Positions 55,214-64,000 of a DNA stretch of 64,000 nucleotides are shown one piece after another. The notes beneath the pieces are model-generated. The model saw only the letters and a list, made by a program, of their open reading frames with translations. It was not told where the DNA came from and ran no database searches. This DNA comes from Bacteroidota bacterium (GTDB lineage Bacteria; Bacteroidota; Ignavibacteria; UBA10030; UBA6906). Each line of letters starts with the position of its first letter. Position 1 is the first letter of the stretch. A program made the position numbers and the translations under genes. The stretch is from positions 109 through 64,108 of the forward strand of contig DASWHW010000050.1 in the NCBI GenBank assembly GCA_036397975.1, read 5' to 3'.

Positions 55214-56716
55214 TCAGGGGGATCCGAAGATCTTCACCGAGGCTTGGGCCATTTCAACGAGAGGGGTAAAGTACAAGCCAAGGGCAATCACGGGCACGAG
55301 AAGGACAAGTACCGTTGCGATCTGAACACGGGGAATATCGATCATCTCGGTTTCCTTCTCGTCGTCCTCTGAACGGAGATACATGTTGCGGAGGACTTTT
55401 GCGTAATAGTAAAGCGAGATAACACTGTTGAGAGCCCCGACAATTGCCAGCCATATCCAACCACTGTTCAGGAGGGCAGCAAAGAGATACAACTTTCCAA
55501 TGAATCCAGCTGTTGGCGGTAGACCGGTCAATGAAATGAGGAAAACTGTGAGCGCAACACCAAGGAACGGTGCTCGTTTCCCGATGCCTTTATAGTCCTC
55601 GACATCTTCGCTTCCAGTCTTGTTTGCAATGACCATGACAATGTAAAATGCCCCGAGGTTCATGAACAAATAGACCATGAAATACACAAGAATTGCTGCA
55701 AGCCCTTCGTTACTCAGCACGACGACCCCCATAAGCATATAGCCTGCGTGGGCTATGCTAGAGTAGGCAAGCAGGCGTTTCATGTTATCCTGCCACAGCG
55801 CAACGAGATTCCCGAGGGTCATGGTTACCACCGATAGCGCAGCGACAACATGATACCATTCAAAGTGGGAGAGAGAAGCCCACATTCCATCCGGGAGATG
55901 CGTCGCGCCCGTATCGATAAACACGCCTTTGAAGAATCGAATCATCACAGCGAACCCACCTGCCTTGGAGGCAACTGACAAGAACGCCGTGATGGTAATC
56001 GGCGCTCCCTCATAGACATCCGGCGTCCAAAAATGAAACGGTACTGCTGAAATCTTGTAACCGAATCCAACAAGAGTGAGAATCCCTGCCACAGCAAGGG
56101 CACTGTTATTTACAGATCCTTGTGCCAGAACATGGTTGATTTGATAGATGTCCAGCGACCCAGTCAATCCATAGATGATGGATATCCCGTAGAGCATCAA
56201 TCCTGAAGACAAGCCGCCGTAGATGACGTACTTCAATGAGGCTTCACTGGAGTCCGGCGCTTCCTTCGTAAATCCTGCTAGGATGTATGAACTGATGGAC
56301 GATAGCTCAATGGCTAGATACATCATCAACAAATTGCTGGCACCGGCCATTAACATCATCCCGAGGGTGAGTCCACCGAGGAGAGAGTAGTATTCTCCCA
56401 GTCTCCGAGACGCCGTCTGCAATTCAAGTGAACTGAGCGAAAACACAACGATGAAAATAGCCGACATGAGGATAATGACTTTGAAGAATACGGCAAATGG
56501 ATCGACGGCAATCATGTTGCCAAAAATCGACTCATTCATCCCCGACTGATTCAGAACAAACACACCGGACAAAATTAAACCGCCGAGGGTTATCCCTGCC
56601 ACGATCTGCGGTGATTTGCGAAAGACCAGGTCAGCACAAATCGCCACGAGGAACGTTACCGTTAGGGTAATCTCCGGAAGGAACTTCGTGATGTCGTTAA
56701 GAAGTTGTTCGGGCAT
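55214..56716 (-). CDS. nuoN: NADH-quinone oxidoreductase subunit N
   Basis: 500 aa; 14-TM antiporter-like subunit; last gene of the nuo cluster. Confidence 0.85.
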   Translation of the reverse strand: MPEQLLNDITKFLPEITLTVTFLVAICADLVFRKSPQIVAGITLGGLILSGVFVLNQSGMNESIFGNMIAVDPFAVFFKVIILMSAIFIVVFSLSSLELQTASRRLGEYYSLLGGLTLGMMLMAGASNLLMMYLAIELSSISSYILAGFTKEAPDSSEASLKYVIYGGLSSGLMLYGISIIYGLTGSLDIYQINHVLAQGSVNNSALAVAGILTLVGFGYKISAVPFHFWTPDVYEGAPITITAFLSVASKAGGFAVMIRFFKGVFIDTGATHLPDGMWASLSHFEWYHVVAALSVVTMTLGNLVALWQDNMKRLLAYSSIAHAGYMLMGVVVLSNEGLAAILVYFMVYLFMNLGAFYIVMVIANKTGSEDVEDYKGIGKRAPFLGVALTVFLISLTGLPPTAGFIGKLYLFAALLNSGWIWLAIVGALNSVISLYYYAKVLRNMYLRSEDDEKETEMIDIPRVQIATVLVLLVPVIALGLYFTPLVEMAQASVKIFGSP

Positions 56717-56744
56717 TGTTCTAATCGAAAATGAATGTACTCTT

Positions 56745-58400
56745 TTACCGCACGCCCAACATTGCCGCAGTACTTGCTTCCTGCACCAACCCGGCGAGAT
56801 GATTCATGGAAGAATTCACCAGGTCAAGAATGGGCGACGGGTAAATTCCGAGAAAGATCACGATCACCGCAAGCGGAACGAGCATAATCAATTCACGGTT
56901 GTTAATATCAGTCAGACTTTTCCATTTCTCCGGAATGGTTCCCAAGAAGACCCGCTGTAGCGTCCAGAGCATATACCCCGCGGTTAACACAATCGTGATA
57001 GTTGCAATGATGGTAAGCGTCTGGAAAGTCTGGAAGGCGCCAATCAACGAGAACGCCTCACTGACAAACCCGCTCAATCCCGGAAGTCCCAGGGCTGCAA
57101 AGAACGCAACGACCATGATTGCGGAGTACTTCGGCATCTGGTTCATCAATCCACCGAAGTCGTTCAAACCGCGTGTATGGGCACGATCATAGATCACTCC
57201 GACAATCAAAAAGAGCATTGCCGTGATTGTGCCATGGTTGAACATTTGAAATACGGCGCCGGTCATCCCCTGCGTATTCATCGATGCCATTCCCAGAGTA
57301 ACAACACCCATATGGCTCACGCTGGAATACGCAATGAGTTTCTTGAAATCAGTTTGCGCCATAGCGACAAGCGCACCGTACACCATACTGATAACGCCAA
57401 GCAATGCCAGCCCCCACGCATAATGGTGCATTGCATCAGGGAAAATGGGAAAGCTGATCCTCAGCAAGCCATACGTTCCCATTTTAAGGAGAACACCGGC
57501 AAGGATAACGCTGATAGGCGTCGGTGCCTCAACATGGGCATCTGGAAGCCACGTATGAAACGGGAAACTTGGAATCTTGATTGCGAATCCGATAAACAGC
57601 CCCACGTAGGCAACGTACCGCCAAGCAGTGTTCGCCCCTGCCAGGAGGGAATCCGGAACGAAATTACCGGGATCCATCATTGCAAGGATGTTGAAGGTGT
57701 AGATTTTTTCGAGACCTTCTGTTCCCTGCGCCATTGCCTGAGCTACGGATAGTATCAAACCGTTTGCATCGATGTACACATTCACGCTGAAGTACAACGC
57801 GATCATCGCGAGAAGCATCAGAACACTTCCAAAGAGCGTGTAGAGAAAGAACTTGATCGCGGCATATTCCCTTCTGGACCCGCCCCACACGCCAATAAGA
57901 AAATACATCGGAAGCAACATTACTTCCCAGAAGACATAAAAGAGAAAGAAGTCCAAAGACACGAACACTCCCATCATTCCCGTATCCAGCAACAAGAAGA
58001 GGGCGAAATAGCCTTTCACGGATTTTTCGATATTCCAGGAAGAGAGCGTCGCAACGAAGGTAATCAGCGCCGTCAGCATTACCATGGTGACGCTCAATCC
58101 ATCAATCCCGACGAGATACTCAATATGCACACGTCCAAACCAGGCCACGCTCTTGACGTCGATCCAGGAAGCCTTTTCGACAAACTGCATTCCGGAGATC
58201 GAATTGATGCCGGCGAGGCCCTTGTCGAAGTTCTGCCAGATAATGAAGGCCAGAACAACCTGCAGCGCTGTAATGGCAAGGGATGCCCAGCGAATCGCAT
58301 CTTTTTGATCCTTGGGCATCATCAGAACGATCACCATTCCCACGATGGGGAGAAATGTAATCCAAGAGAGAATGCCTATACCGAGAAACGAGAATTCCAT
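56745..58400 (-). CDS. nuoM: NADH-quinone oxidoreductase subunit M
   Basis: 551 aa; Mrp/antiporter-like. Confidence 0.85.
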   Translation of the reverse strand: MEFSFLGIGILSWITFLPIVGMVIVLMMPKDQKDAIRWASLAITALQVVLAFIIWQNFDKGLAGINSISGMQFVEKASWIDVKSVAWFGRVHIEYLVGIDGLSVTMVMLTALITFVATLSSWNIEKSVKGYFALFLLLDTGMMGVFVSLDFFLFYVFWEVMLLPMYFLIGVWGGSRREYAAIKFFLYTLFGSVLMLLAMIALYFSVNVYIDANGLILSVAQAMAQGTEGLEKIYTFNILAMMDPGNFVPDSLLAGANTAWRYVAYVGLFIGFAIKIPSFPFHTWLPDAHVEAPTPISVILAGVLLKMGTYGLLRISFPIFPDAMHHYAWGLALLGVISMVYGALVAMAQTDFKKLIAYSSVSHMGVVTLGMASMNTQGMTGAVFQMFNHGTITAMLFLIVGVIYDRAHTRGLNDFGGLMNQMPKYSAIMVVAFFAALGLPGLSGFVSEAFSLIGAFQTFQTLTIIATITIVLTAGYMLWTLQRVFLGTIPEKWKSLTDINNRELIMLVPLAVIVIFLGIYPSPILDLVNSSMNHLAGLVQEASTAAMLGVR

Positions 58401-58438
58401 GAATATACTTCCCTCTTAATGATTGAGACCCGAAAGTG

Positions 58439-60715
58439 TCAAATATTGAAAGCGAAAACAAAATACAGGGCAAGCGCTCCAAGAACCGCAAGAACGATGT
58501 ACGTCTGGATTTTCCCAGTCTGGAGCTTTCGGAGAATCAGTCCCCCGAACCCGAACACATATGCGGACGCGTTCACCAAGCCGTCGACCACATAAGTATC
58601 AAATCCACCAGCTCCTCCCCACACTAAGAACACGACCAGACCTCCGCTCAGCAGTGCTGTCAAAAGGGCAAGCATCACCGAACCCATGTTCGCCTCTGCC
58701 GGCCATACCCAGCTGCCAATGGAAATCGCCACATAAATTGCGAGAGCAATACCGACAAAAAGGAATGCCCCTGCACTAACTTTCTTCCCATCCCGCGATG
58801 CGTAGGTAAAGCCGAACACTACGTTTTTCGTCCAGCTTGCAGAACCGTTTACCATCCCATCCACAATGGTCGAGTCGATCCAACGGAGAACATTCGTGAG
58901 TGCTAGAGTTCCCGCAACGACCACTCCATTGTAGACCCGATCAAACCCCCACTTGTCCAGGAGAAACGCATGAACTCCCGGAAGCGCACCTGCCACCCGA
59001 TCAGCACTGATTTTTTTCCAGTAATACGTGGCGAATGCAACCAGAATTCCCGCGCCTGCAATTAAAATAGAAAGTAATAGCGCTGGCGTATGTGCATGAT
59101 GTACCGCTTCGTCAAACATCTCTCCTCCCGGTGCAGCAACCGTTGATGGAACAACGCTCTCTGGCCGCGGGACTGCGTTCGTAAACCACCCCTCCGTGCC
59201 AAAAGGGTTAAGATTGAAGGTGAAGAAGAAGTATACGGACAGCGCCGCAAGAATCATAAGAGGCACCGTCATAACCCTTGGTGATTCATGGATATGGTCG
59301 ATGCGATGAGCATCAGCGTGTTCTCCAAGAAATGTGCGGATGACGATGCGGAACATATAGAACGATGTTAGGCCGGCAACTAGAAAACCGAGAACCGGGA
59401 TGAGAATGTGTCCGGACAACGAGTTGAAAGCCAAAGTCCCGGCAAGGATGGAGTCTTTGCTTAAGAAACCGCTTGTGAAAGGAACTCCGGAGATCGCGAG
59501 CGTATAGATTGTGAAGGTCAAGAACGTTATCGGCATCTTGTGTCGAAGACCGCCCATGTTGCAAATGTCCTGCGGGTCAGTGTGATGATCTCCCTGATGA
59601 TGAAGGGCATGGTGCATCGAATGAATGACAGACCCTGATCCCAGGAACAGTCCCGCCTTGAACATGGCATGGGTTGCGAGATGGAAGAAACCTGCGGTAA
59701 ACGCTCCCACCCCCAACGCCATCACCATGTATCCCAGCTGGGAGATGGTGGAGTACGCAAGAACCTTCTTGATGTCATTCTGTGCAATAGCGATCGTCGC
59801 CGCGATGAACGCAGTAATGGCACCGGTATATGCAATGACTGTCAGCGCCTCGGCCGTCATCAAAGGAAATGTCCTGGCAACAAGGTACACGCCGGCGGCA
59901 ACCATCGTTGCAGCATGAATCAACGCACTCACCGGTGTCGGACCTTCCATCGCATCGGGTAACCAGACGTGCAATGGAAATTGTGCGGACTTCCCAATGG
60001 CGCCGCAGAAAATAAGTATTCCCACAACCGTGAGAACCGTTTCACTGTCAAAAGGCAGCACGCCGCTCCCGATACGACCAAAAATCTCCGAGAGCATGAA
60101 GGTGTGGTAAGTCGCATACAGAATCATGATGCCGATAAAGAACCCGACATCGCCAATTCGATTTACGATGAATGCTTTTATGGCTGCATCCGACGCACTC
60201 TTCTTCTCGTACCAATGGCCGATCAGGAGATAGGAACTCAATCCCACAAGCTCCCATCCCACGTACAGAAGGAATAGGTTGTTTGCAAGAACGATCATGA
60301 GCATCGAGAATGAGAAGAGCCCGAGGTATCCAAAATACCGGGAGTACCGAACATCCCCATGCATGTACGCAGTCGAAAAGAAGTGAACTACGGTGCTCAC
60401 AAGGGTTACCACGACCAGCATGATGGCGGCAAGGTTGTCCACCGCGAAACCGAGGTTGACCTGCAATGGACCGATACCGGGAACATCGCGAAAGTCTATC
60501 CACGTGAAATTAAGTGAGAGAGTCTCCGCCGGAGCTGTGACCAGCTTTTGCACCAGGATGAAGATGGATAAGCCGAGGGCACTGGTTATGAGGAGAGTCT
60601 CAAGCCAGTCCCCCTGTCTTGGAAGTTTCTTTCCGAAGAACATCATCAACACGAACCCCGCAAGGGGGAGCGTCAGGACGACCAGGGAGAGCGTTATGAG
60701 CATTTCAGAGTTCAC
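58439..60715 (-). CDS. nuoL: NADH-quinone oxidoreductase subunit L (long form, 758 aa)
   Basis: Antiporter core plus extended C-terminus with repeated GFD...VDGxVN(G/A)SA elements and extra hydrophobic segments. Confidence 0.85.
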   Translation of the reverse strand: MNSEMLITLSLVVLTLPLAGFVLMMFFGKKLPRQGDWLETLLITSALGLSIFILVQKLVTAPAETLSLNFTWIDFRDVPGIGPLQVNLGFAVDNLAAIMLVVVTLVSTVVHFFSTAYMHGDVRYSRYFGYLGLFSFSMLMIVLANNLFLLYVGWELVGLSSYLLIGHWYEKKSASDAAIKAFIVNRIGDVGFFIGIMILYATYHTFMLSEIFGRIGSGVLPFDSETVLTVVGILIFCGAIGKSAQFPLHVWLPDAMEGPTPVSALIHAATMVAAGVYLVARTFPLMTAEALTVIAYTGAITAFIAATIAIAQNDIKKVLAYSTISQLGYMVMALGVGAFTAGFFHLATHAMFKAGLFLGSGSVIHSMHHALHHQGDHHTDPQDICNMGGLRHKMPITFLTFTIYTLAISGVPFTSGFLSKDSILAGTLAFNSLSGHILIPVLGFLVAGLTSFYMFRIVIRTFLGEHADAHRIDHIHESPRVMTVPLMILAALSVYFFFTFNLNPFGTEGWFTNAVPRPESVVPSTVAAPGGEMFDEAVHHAHTPALLLSILIAGAGILVAFATYYWKKISADRVAGALPGVHAFLLDKWGFDRVYNGVVVAGTLALTNVLRWIDSTIVDGMVNGSASWTKNVVFGFTYASRDGKKVSAGAFLFVGIALAIYVAISIGSWVWPAEANMGSVMLALLTALLSGGLVVFLVWGGAGGFDTYVVDGLVNASAYVFGFGGLILRKLQTGKIQTYIVLAVLGALALYFVFAFNI

Positions 60716-60732
60716 AGATCAGGTAAGGTTAT

Positions 60733-61083
60733 TCATTCTTTCAGGCTTGACACCTCGTCTACATTCACCGTACTAAACCTATGGAATATGTTCAGGACAA
60801 TCGCGAGTGCGACCGCAGCTTCCGCGGCGGCCAGAATAATAACAAAGATTGCCGCGGTCTGCCCGTCGAGTGACCCATTGTAGCGTGAAAAGGCAATAAG
60901 GTTTATGTTTGCCGCATTCAGGACAAGCTCGATTCCCATCAGAAGCAAAATCGCGTTGCGTCGCGTAATGATTGCATACAGCCCTAAAGAAAAGAGCGCC
61001 GCACTCACAAGAAGAAAGTGCGCAAGTTGAACTTGCGGCAGCCACCCGATGAAATTTTCCAAGTTATTGATCCATGTTTCCAT
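60733..61083 (-). CDS. nuoK: NADH-quinone oxidoreductase subunit K
   Basis: 116 aa; three TM helices; conserved Glu in GIELVLNAAN. Confidence 0.8.
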   Translation of the reverse strand: METWINNLENFIGWLPQVQLAHFLLVSAALFSLGLYAIITRRNAILLLMGIELVLNAANINLIAFSRYNGSLDGQTAAIFVIILAAAEAAVALAIVLNIFHRFSTVNVDEVSSLKE

Positions 61084-61094
61084 TGCTGTCTTCT

Positions 61095-61592
61095 TTATCG
61101 ATTACGACGGGCAATCAGCGCTGCGCCAATGAGGGCCACCAGCAAAACCACCGATGCTATCTCGAAGGGAAGGAGATACGACGTCATCAACATTTCCCCT
61201 AACAACTGCGTTGTGGCATCGACCGCCGATACCGGCAACTGAGCGTCCTTCCAGTTTGAATAAAAAACTCCTGCCAATAATCCGGCAAGAATGGAGACCG
61301 CAATGCCGGCTGGCCATGCTTGCATCGTCCCGGTCTTTATTTTCACGTTAATGACCTTATTCGTCAACATCACGCCAAAAAGCATGAGGACGAGGATTCC
61401 TCCCACATAAATGAGAATCTGGGTAACAGCCAGAAAGTCGGCTCGCAGAAGCACGTAAATACCCGCAACACCGAAGAAGGTGAAGAGCAGAGAGAACGCC
61501 GCATGAACAATGTTCTTCGAGAACACAACAACGCATGCCGAACCGATGGTGATCAGTGCAAACACATAGAAAACTATATCGAACAGTTCCAT
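61095..61592 (-). CDS. nuoJ: NADH-quinone oxidoreductase subunit J
   Basis: 165 aa membrane protein in conserved nuo order. Confidence 0.8.
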   Translation of the reverse strand: MELFDIVFYVFALITIGSACVVVFSKNIVHAAFSLLFTFFGVAGIYVLLRADFLAVTQILIYVGGILVLMLFGVMLTNKVINVKIKTGTMQAWPAGIAVSILAGLLAGVFYSNWKDAQLPVSAVDATTQLLGEMLMTSYLLPFEIASVVLLVALIGAALIARRNR

Positions 61593-61597
61593 TTCGT

Positions 61598-62128
61598 TTA
61601 TGCCTTCGCTGGCGTCGCCTTGGCGGGCTGGGCTGCCTCTTGTATGGCGAGCTTACTTTTTGCTTCGTCAATTTCCGCCGGACTCATTGTTGCATACCGG
61701 TAAATAAGATTGTCTCTTTCAAATTCAGAAAATTCATAGACGTCCGTCATCTTGATGCACTCTGTCGGGCAGGGATAGACGCAGAGTCCGCAGTAGCAGC
61801 ACTTCGCAATGTCTATGTCAAACCTGGGGACATACAGCCGCTTTTTCGTTCCAACCGAGGTCAGCCCAAGATCGACATCGGAAGTGGATTTGAGTGTCTC
61901 GATAGTAATGCAATTCACCGGGCAGGCCATGGAACACTGATCGCATCCGATACAATCATCCATGTTAACATAGAGCCGATTGCGGGCGCGCTCGGGTAGT
62001 TTCAGTTTCACATCGGGGTATTGAATCGTAACCGCCGGCGTAAACAAATGCAGGAACGTTACCTTCATTCCCACAAGAACGGTCCAGATACCTAAATAAA
62101 TATTCTTGAAATACGTACTCATCCGCAC
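61598..62128 (-). CDS. nuoI: NADH-quinone oxidoreductase subunit I (2x[4Fe-4S] ferredoxin)
   Basis: Two CxxCxxCxxxCP motifs (CIGCDQCSMACP, CCYCGLCVYPCP); Ala/Pro/Lys-rich C-terminal tail. Confidence 0.9.
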   Translation of the reverse strand: MRMSTYFKNIYLGIWTVLVGMKVTFLHLFTPAVTIQYPDVKLKLPERARNRLYVNMDDCIGCDQCSMACPVNCITIETLKSTSDVDLGLTSVGTKKRLYVPRFDIDIAKCCYCGLCVYPCPTECIKMTDVYEFSEFERDNLIYRYATMSPAEIDEAKSKLAIQEAAQPAKATPAKA

Positions 62129-62141
62129 TGCATTACCTCGG

Positions 62142-63206
62142 TTAACGATCCAACATGATCAAAAATCCAATACCAATAATGAACACAAACGAAAATGGAA
62201 TTAGCACCTTCCATCCCACATACATTAGTTGGTCGACCCTGAGTCGTGGGAGAGTCCAACGAAGCCAGATCTGGACGAAAACGACGGCCATGCCTTTGGA
62301 TAAGAACCAGAACACACCCCACAACGGGCCGCTGAGAAAACCACCAAACGGACTGTTCCATCCACCCAGAAAGAGCGTGGCTGCGATTGCCGCAACCGCA
62401 AACATATTGGCATACTCTGCCAGGAAGAACAAAGCAAACTTCATCCCCGCATATTCTGTATGGTAACCAGCAACAAGCTCTGACTCCGCTTCGGGAATAT
62501 CAAACGGTGTACGGTTTACTTCCGCGAGCGAGGCGACAAAGTACATGAACATTGGGACCAACATCAAACCATAATACTTGAAGGCAAACCAATTCCAGAA
62601 CCATCCAGTTTGTGCATGATTGATCTGCTGAAGGTCGAATGTCCCGGCAATCATAACCACGGGGAGAAGTGAGAGCGCAACAGGAATTTCGTAGCTGACA
62701 ACTTGCGCCGCGGATCGCATTGCACCAAACAAAGACCACTTGTTATTGGAGGCCCATCCGGCCATCAGGAGTCCGATAACAGCGAGCGAAGAAATTGCGA
62801 TGATGAAGAAGAGACCGACGTTGATTTCCGCGCCAATGTACGCCGCGCTGAAAGGAATCGCTGCATACGCCGCAAACGCTCCGACAAAGACCACAAACGG
62901 GGCAAGGAAATACAATCGTTTGTCCGCAGCAGTGGGAACGGTATCCTCCTTTTGAATCAGCTTCAGGATATCGGCGATTGTTTGCGCCCACCCATGCCAT
63001 CCGCCGACGCGCATAGGGCCGAGACGGTCCTGCATATGCGCAGCGATTTTCCTTTCCAACCACACCGCAAATAGCGCAAATGGAAGAATCCATAGGAAGA
63101 GCGGAACAGCAGCCATCGCGAAGTAGACAATAATATCGTTGGTAAGAAATGGGAGGCCAAGTACCTGTGCAGCCCAGTTGAGTATGCCCTTGAGAATCTC
63201 CTCCAT
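62142..63206 (-). CDS. nuoH: NADH-quinone oxidoreductase subunit H
   Basis: Start taken at [11 protein letters not shown] (ATG 63206, immediately after the nuoD stop) instead of the track's 63320. Confidence 0.85.
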   Translation of the reverse strand: MEEILKGILNWAAQVLGLPFLTNDIIVYFAMAAVPLFLWILPFALFAVWLERKIAAHMQDRLGPMRVGGWHGWAQTIADILKLIQKEDTVPTAADKRLYFLAPFVVFVGAFAAYAAIPFSAAYIGAEINVGLFFIIAISSLAVIGLLMAGWASNNKWSLFGAMRSAAQVVSYEIPVALSLLPVVMIAGTFDLQQINHAQTGWFWNWFAFKYYGLMLVPMFMYFVASLAEVNRTPFDIPEAESELVAGYHTEYAGMKFALFFLAEYANMFAVAAIAATLFLGGWNSPFGGFLSGPLWGVFWFLSKGMAVVFVQIWLRWTLPRLRVDQLMYVGWKVLIPFSFVFIIGIGFLIMLDR

Positions 63207-63208
63207 GA

Positions 63209-64000
63209 CTATCGATCCACCTCCCCAAGAACGATATCGATGCTGCCCAGAATCGCTATTACATCGGCGATCATCGCTCCCCTGCTCATCGCCGGCAGTG
63301 CGGAGAGATTGACGAAGCAAGGAGACTTCACTTTAACACGGAACGGGCTGGTGGTTCCATCCGCAATAATGTAATAGCCCAACTCCCCTTTGGGGGCCTC
63401 GGTGCGGACATATACTTCATTCGCATCCGGTCGAATTCTTTTTGGAACTGCCGATTGAACATTCCCCTCAGGAATTTTTTCAACCGCCTGTTCGATGATG
63501 CGGACACATTGCTCCATCTCCCGCACCCGGACAATATATCGATCCCAGCAATCGCCTACGGTCCCCATCTCACCCTTGCCCGTAGGAACCTCAAATTCGA
63601 ACCGATCATAAACGGAGTAAGGATCATTCCTTCGCAAATCCCAATGAACACCCGACCCCCGTAAAACGGGACCGCTCACGGCGTAGTTCAGTGCCACGTC
63701 CGCCGGAAGAACGCCAACGTTTGCAGTCCGCTCAATAAAAATCTTGTTATACGAAAGCAATTCATTCAATTCCGCAATGGTCGATCTGAATGTCCGGCAG
63801 AAGTTCTTCGCCTTGTCCTGGAAATTTGCCGGTATATCATGGGAGAGGCCACCAATCCACATGTAATTGTAGAGAAGCCTGGCACCACAAGTCGTCTCGA
63901 AGAGATCAAGTATCTTCTCACGATCGCGTAGACAATAGAGGAAGGGAGTAAAAGCGCCGATATCCATCCCGTATGTTCCGATGGCAAGAAGATGACTGGC
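63209..64000 (-). CDS. nuoD: NADH-quinone oxidoreductase subunit D (49-kDa subunit), C-terminal part; gene continues beyond the window
   Basis: C-terminal NuoD sequence ...[10 protein letters not shown]... ending ...EVDR; frame is open to the window end. Confidence 0.85.
   Translation of the reverse strand, partial: ASHLLAIGTYGMDIGAFTPFLYCLRDREKILDLFETTCGARLLYNYMWIGGLSHDIPANFQDKAKNFCRTFRSTIAELNELLSYNKIFIERTANVGVLPADVALNYAVSGPVLRGSGVHWDLRRNDPYSVYDRFEFEVPTGKGEMGTVGDCWDRYIVRVREMEQCVRIIEQAVEKIPEGNVQSAVPKRIRPDANEVYVRTEAPKGELGYYIIADGTTSPFRVKVKSPCFVNLSALPAMSRGAMIADVIAILGSIDIVLGEVDR

Noticed and set aside
1-64000. Mobile elements, CRISPR arrays, tRNA/rRNA genes and defence systems
   Set aside because: There are no transposase, integrase, Cas or RT-like ORFs and no repeat-spacer arrays. 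No tRNA-like cloverleaf was evident in any intergenic region >100 nt. The region looks like conserved core chromosome.

Overview
This 64 kb window is a densely coding chromosomal core region of a sigma54-using bacterium (gene content and GC about 50 percent suggest an FCB-group or Chlorobi/Ignavibacteria-like organism; taxonomy is not resolved from sequence alone). Both strands are used, with many 4-nt ATGA start/stop overlaps. I support about 58 protein-coding genes, one RNase P RNA (rnpB), several rho-independent terminator-like hairpins and a few promoter candidates. I found no transposases, integrases, CRISPR arrays, tRNAs or rRNAs, and no recognisable defence island. Left to right the genes are: htrA; split transketolase; plsY; larB; a CBS/cystathionine gamma-lyase transsulfuration pair; an 863-aa nucleotidyltransferase/phosphomannomutase-like fusion; ptsN; an lgt-to-thrC chain linked by 4-nt overlaps; two NtrC-type sigma54 activators; acyl-CoA catabolic genes (carboxyltransferase, two ACADs, meaB); purD; guaB; a Nif3/zinc-ribbon/rnpB cluster; a DNA-repair neighbourhood (recJ, yebC, ruvCAB, mpg, uvrA); clpB; dnaK; birA; coaX; and an 11-subunit-type nuo operon (D-H-I-J-K-L-M-N) that continues past the window end. 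The observations most worth a second look are: (1) a perfect sigma54 -24/-12 consensus about 85 nt upstream of dnaK; (2) a cluster of three orphan response-regulator genes (a REC plus DHp protein with no ATPase domain, a standalone REC, and an NtrC-type activator whose REC is a close paralog of the standalone one) that diverge from back-to-back sigma70-like promoters; (3) a 758-aa NuoL with an internally repeated VDGxVN horizontal-helix motif; (4) apparently degenerate phosphohexomutase motifs in the 863-aa fusion enzyme; (5) a Ycf48-like beta-propeller lipoprotein appended to the nuo operon; (6) terminator-like hairpins placed only 20 to 26 nt upstream of downstream start codons (acdH, clpB, nif3). 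All product calls rest on recognised motifs in the supplied translations, and no database searches were possible.
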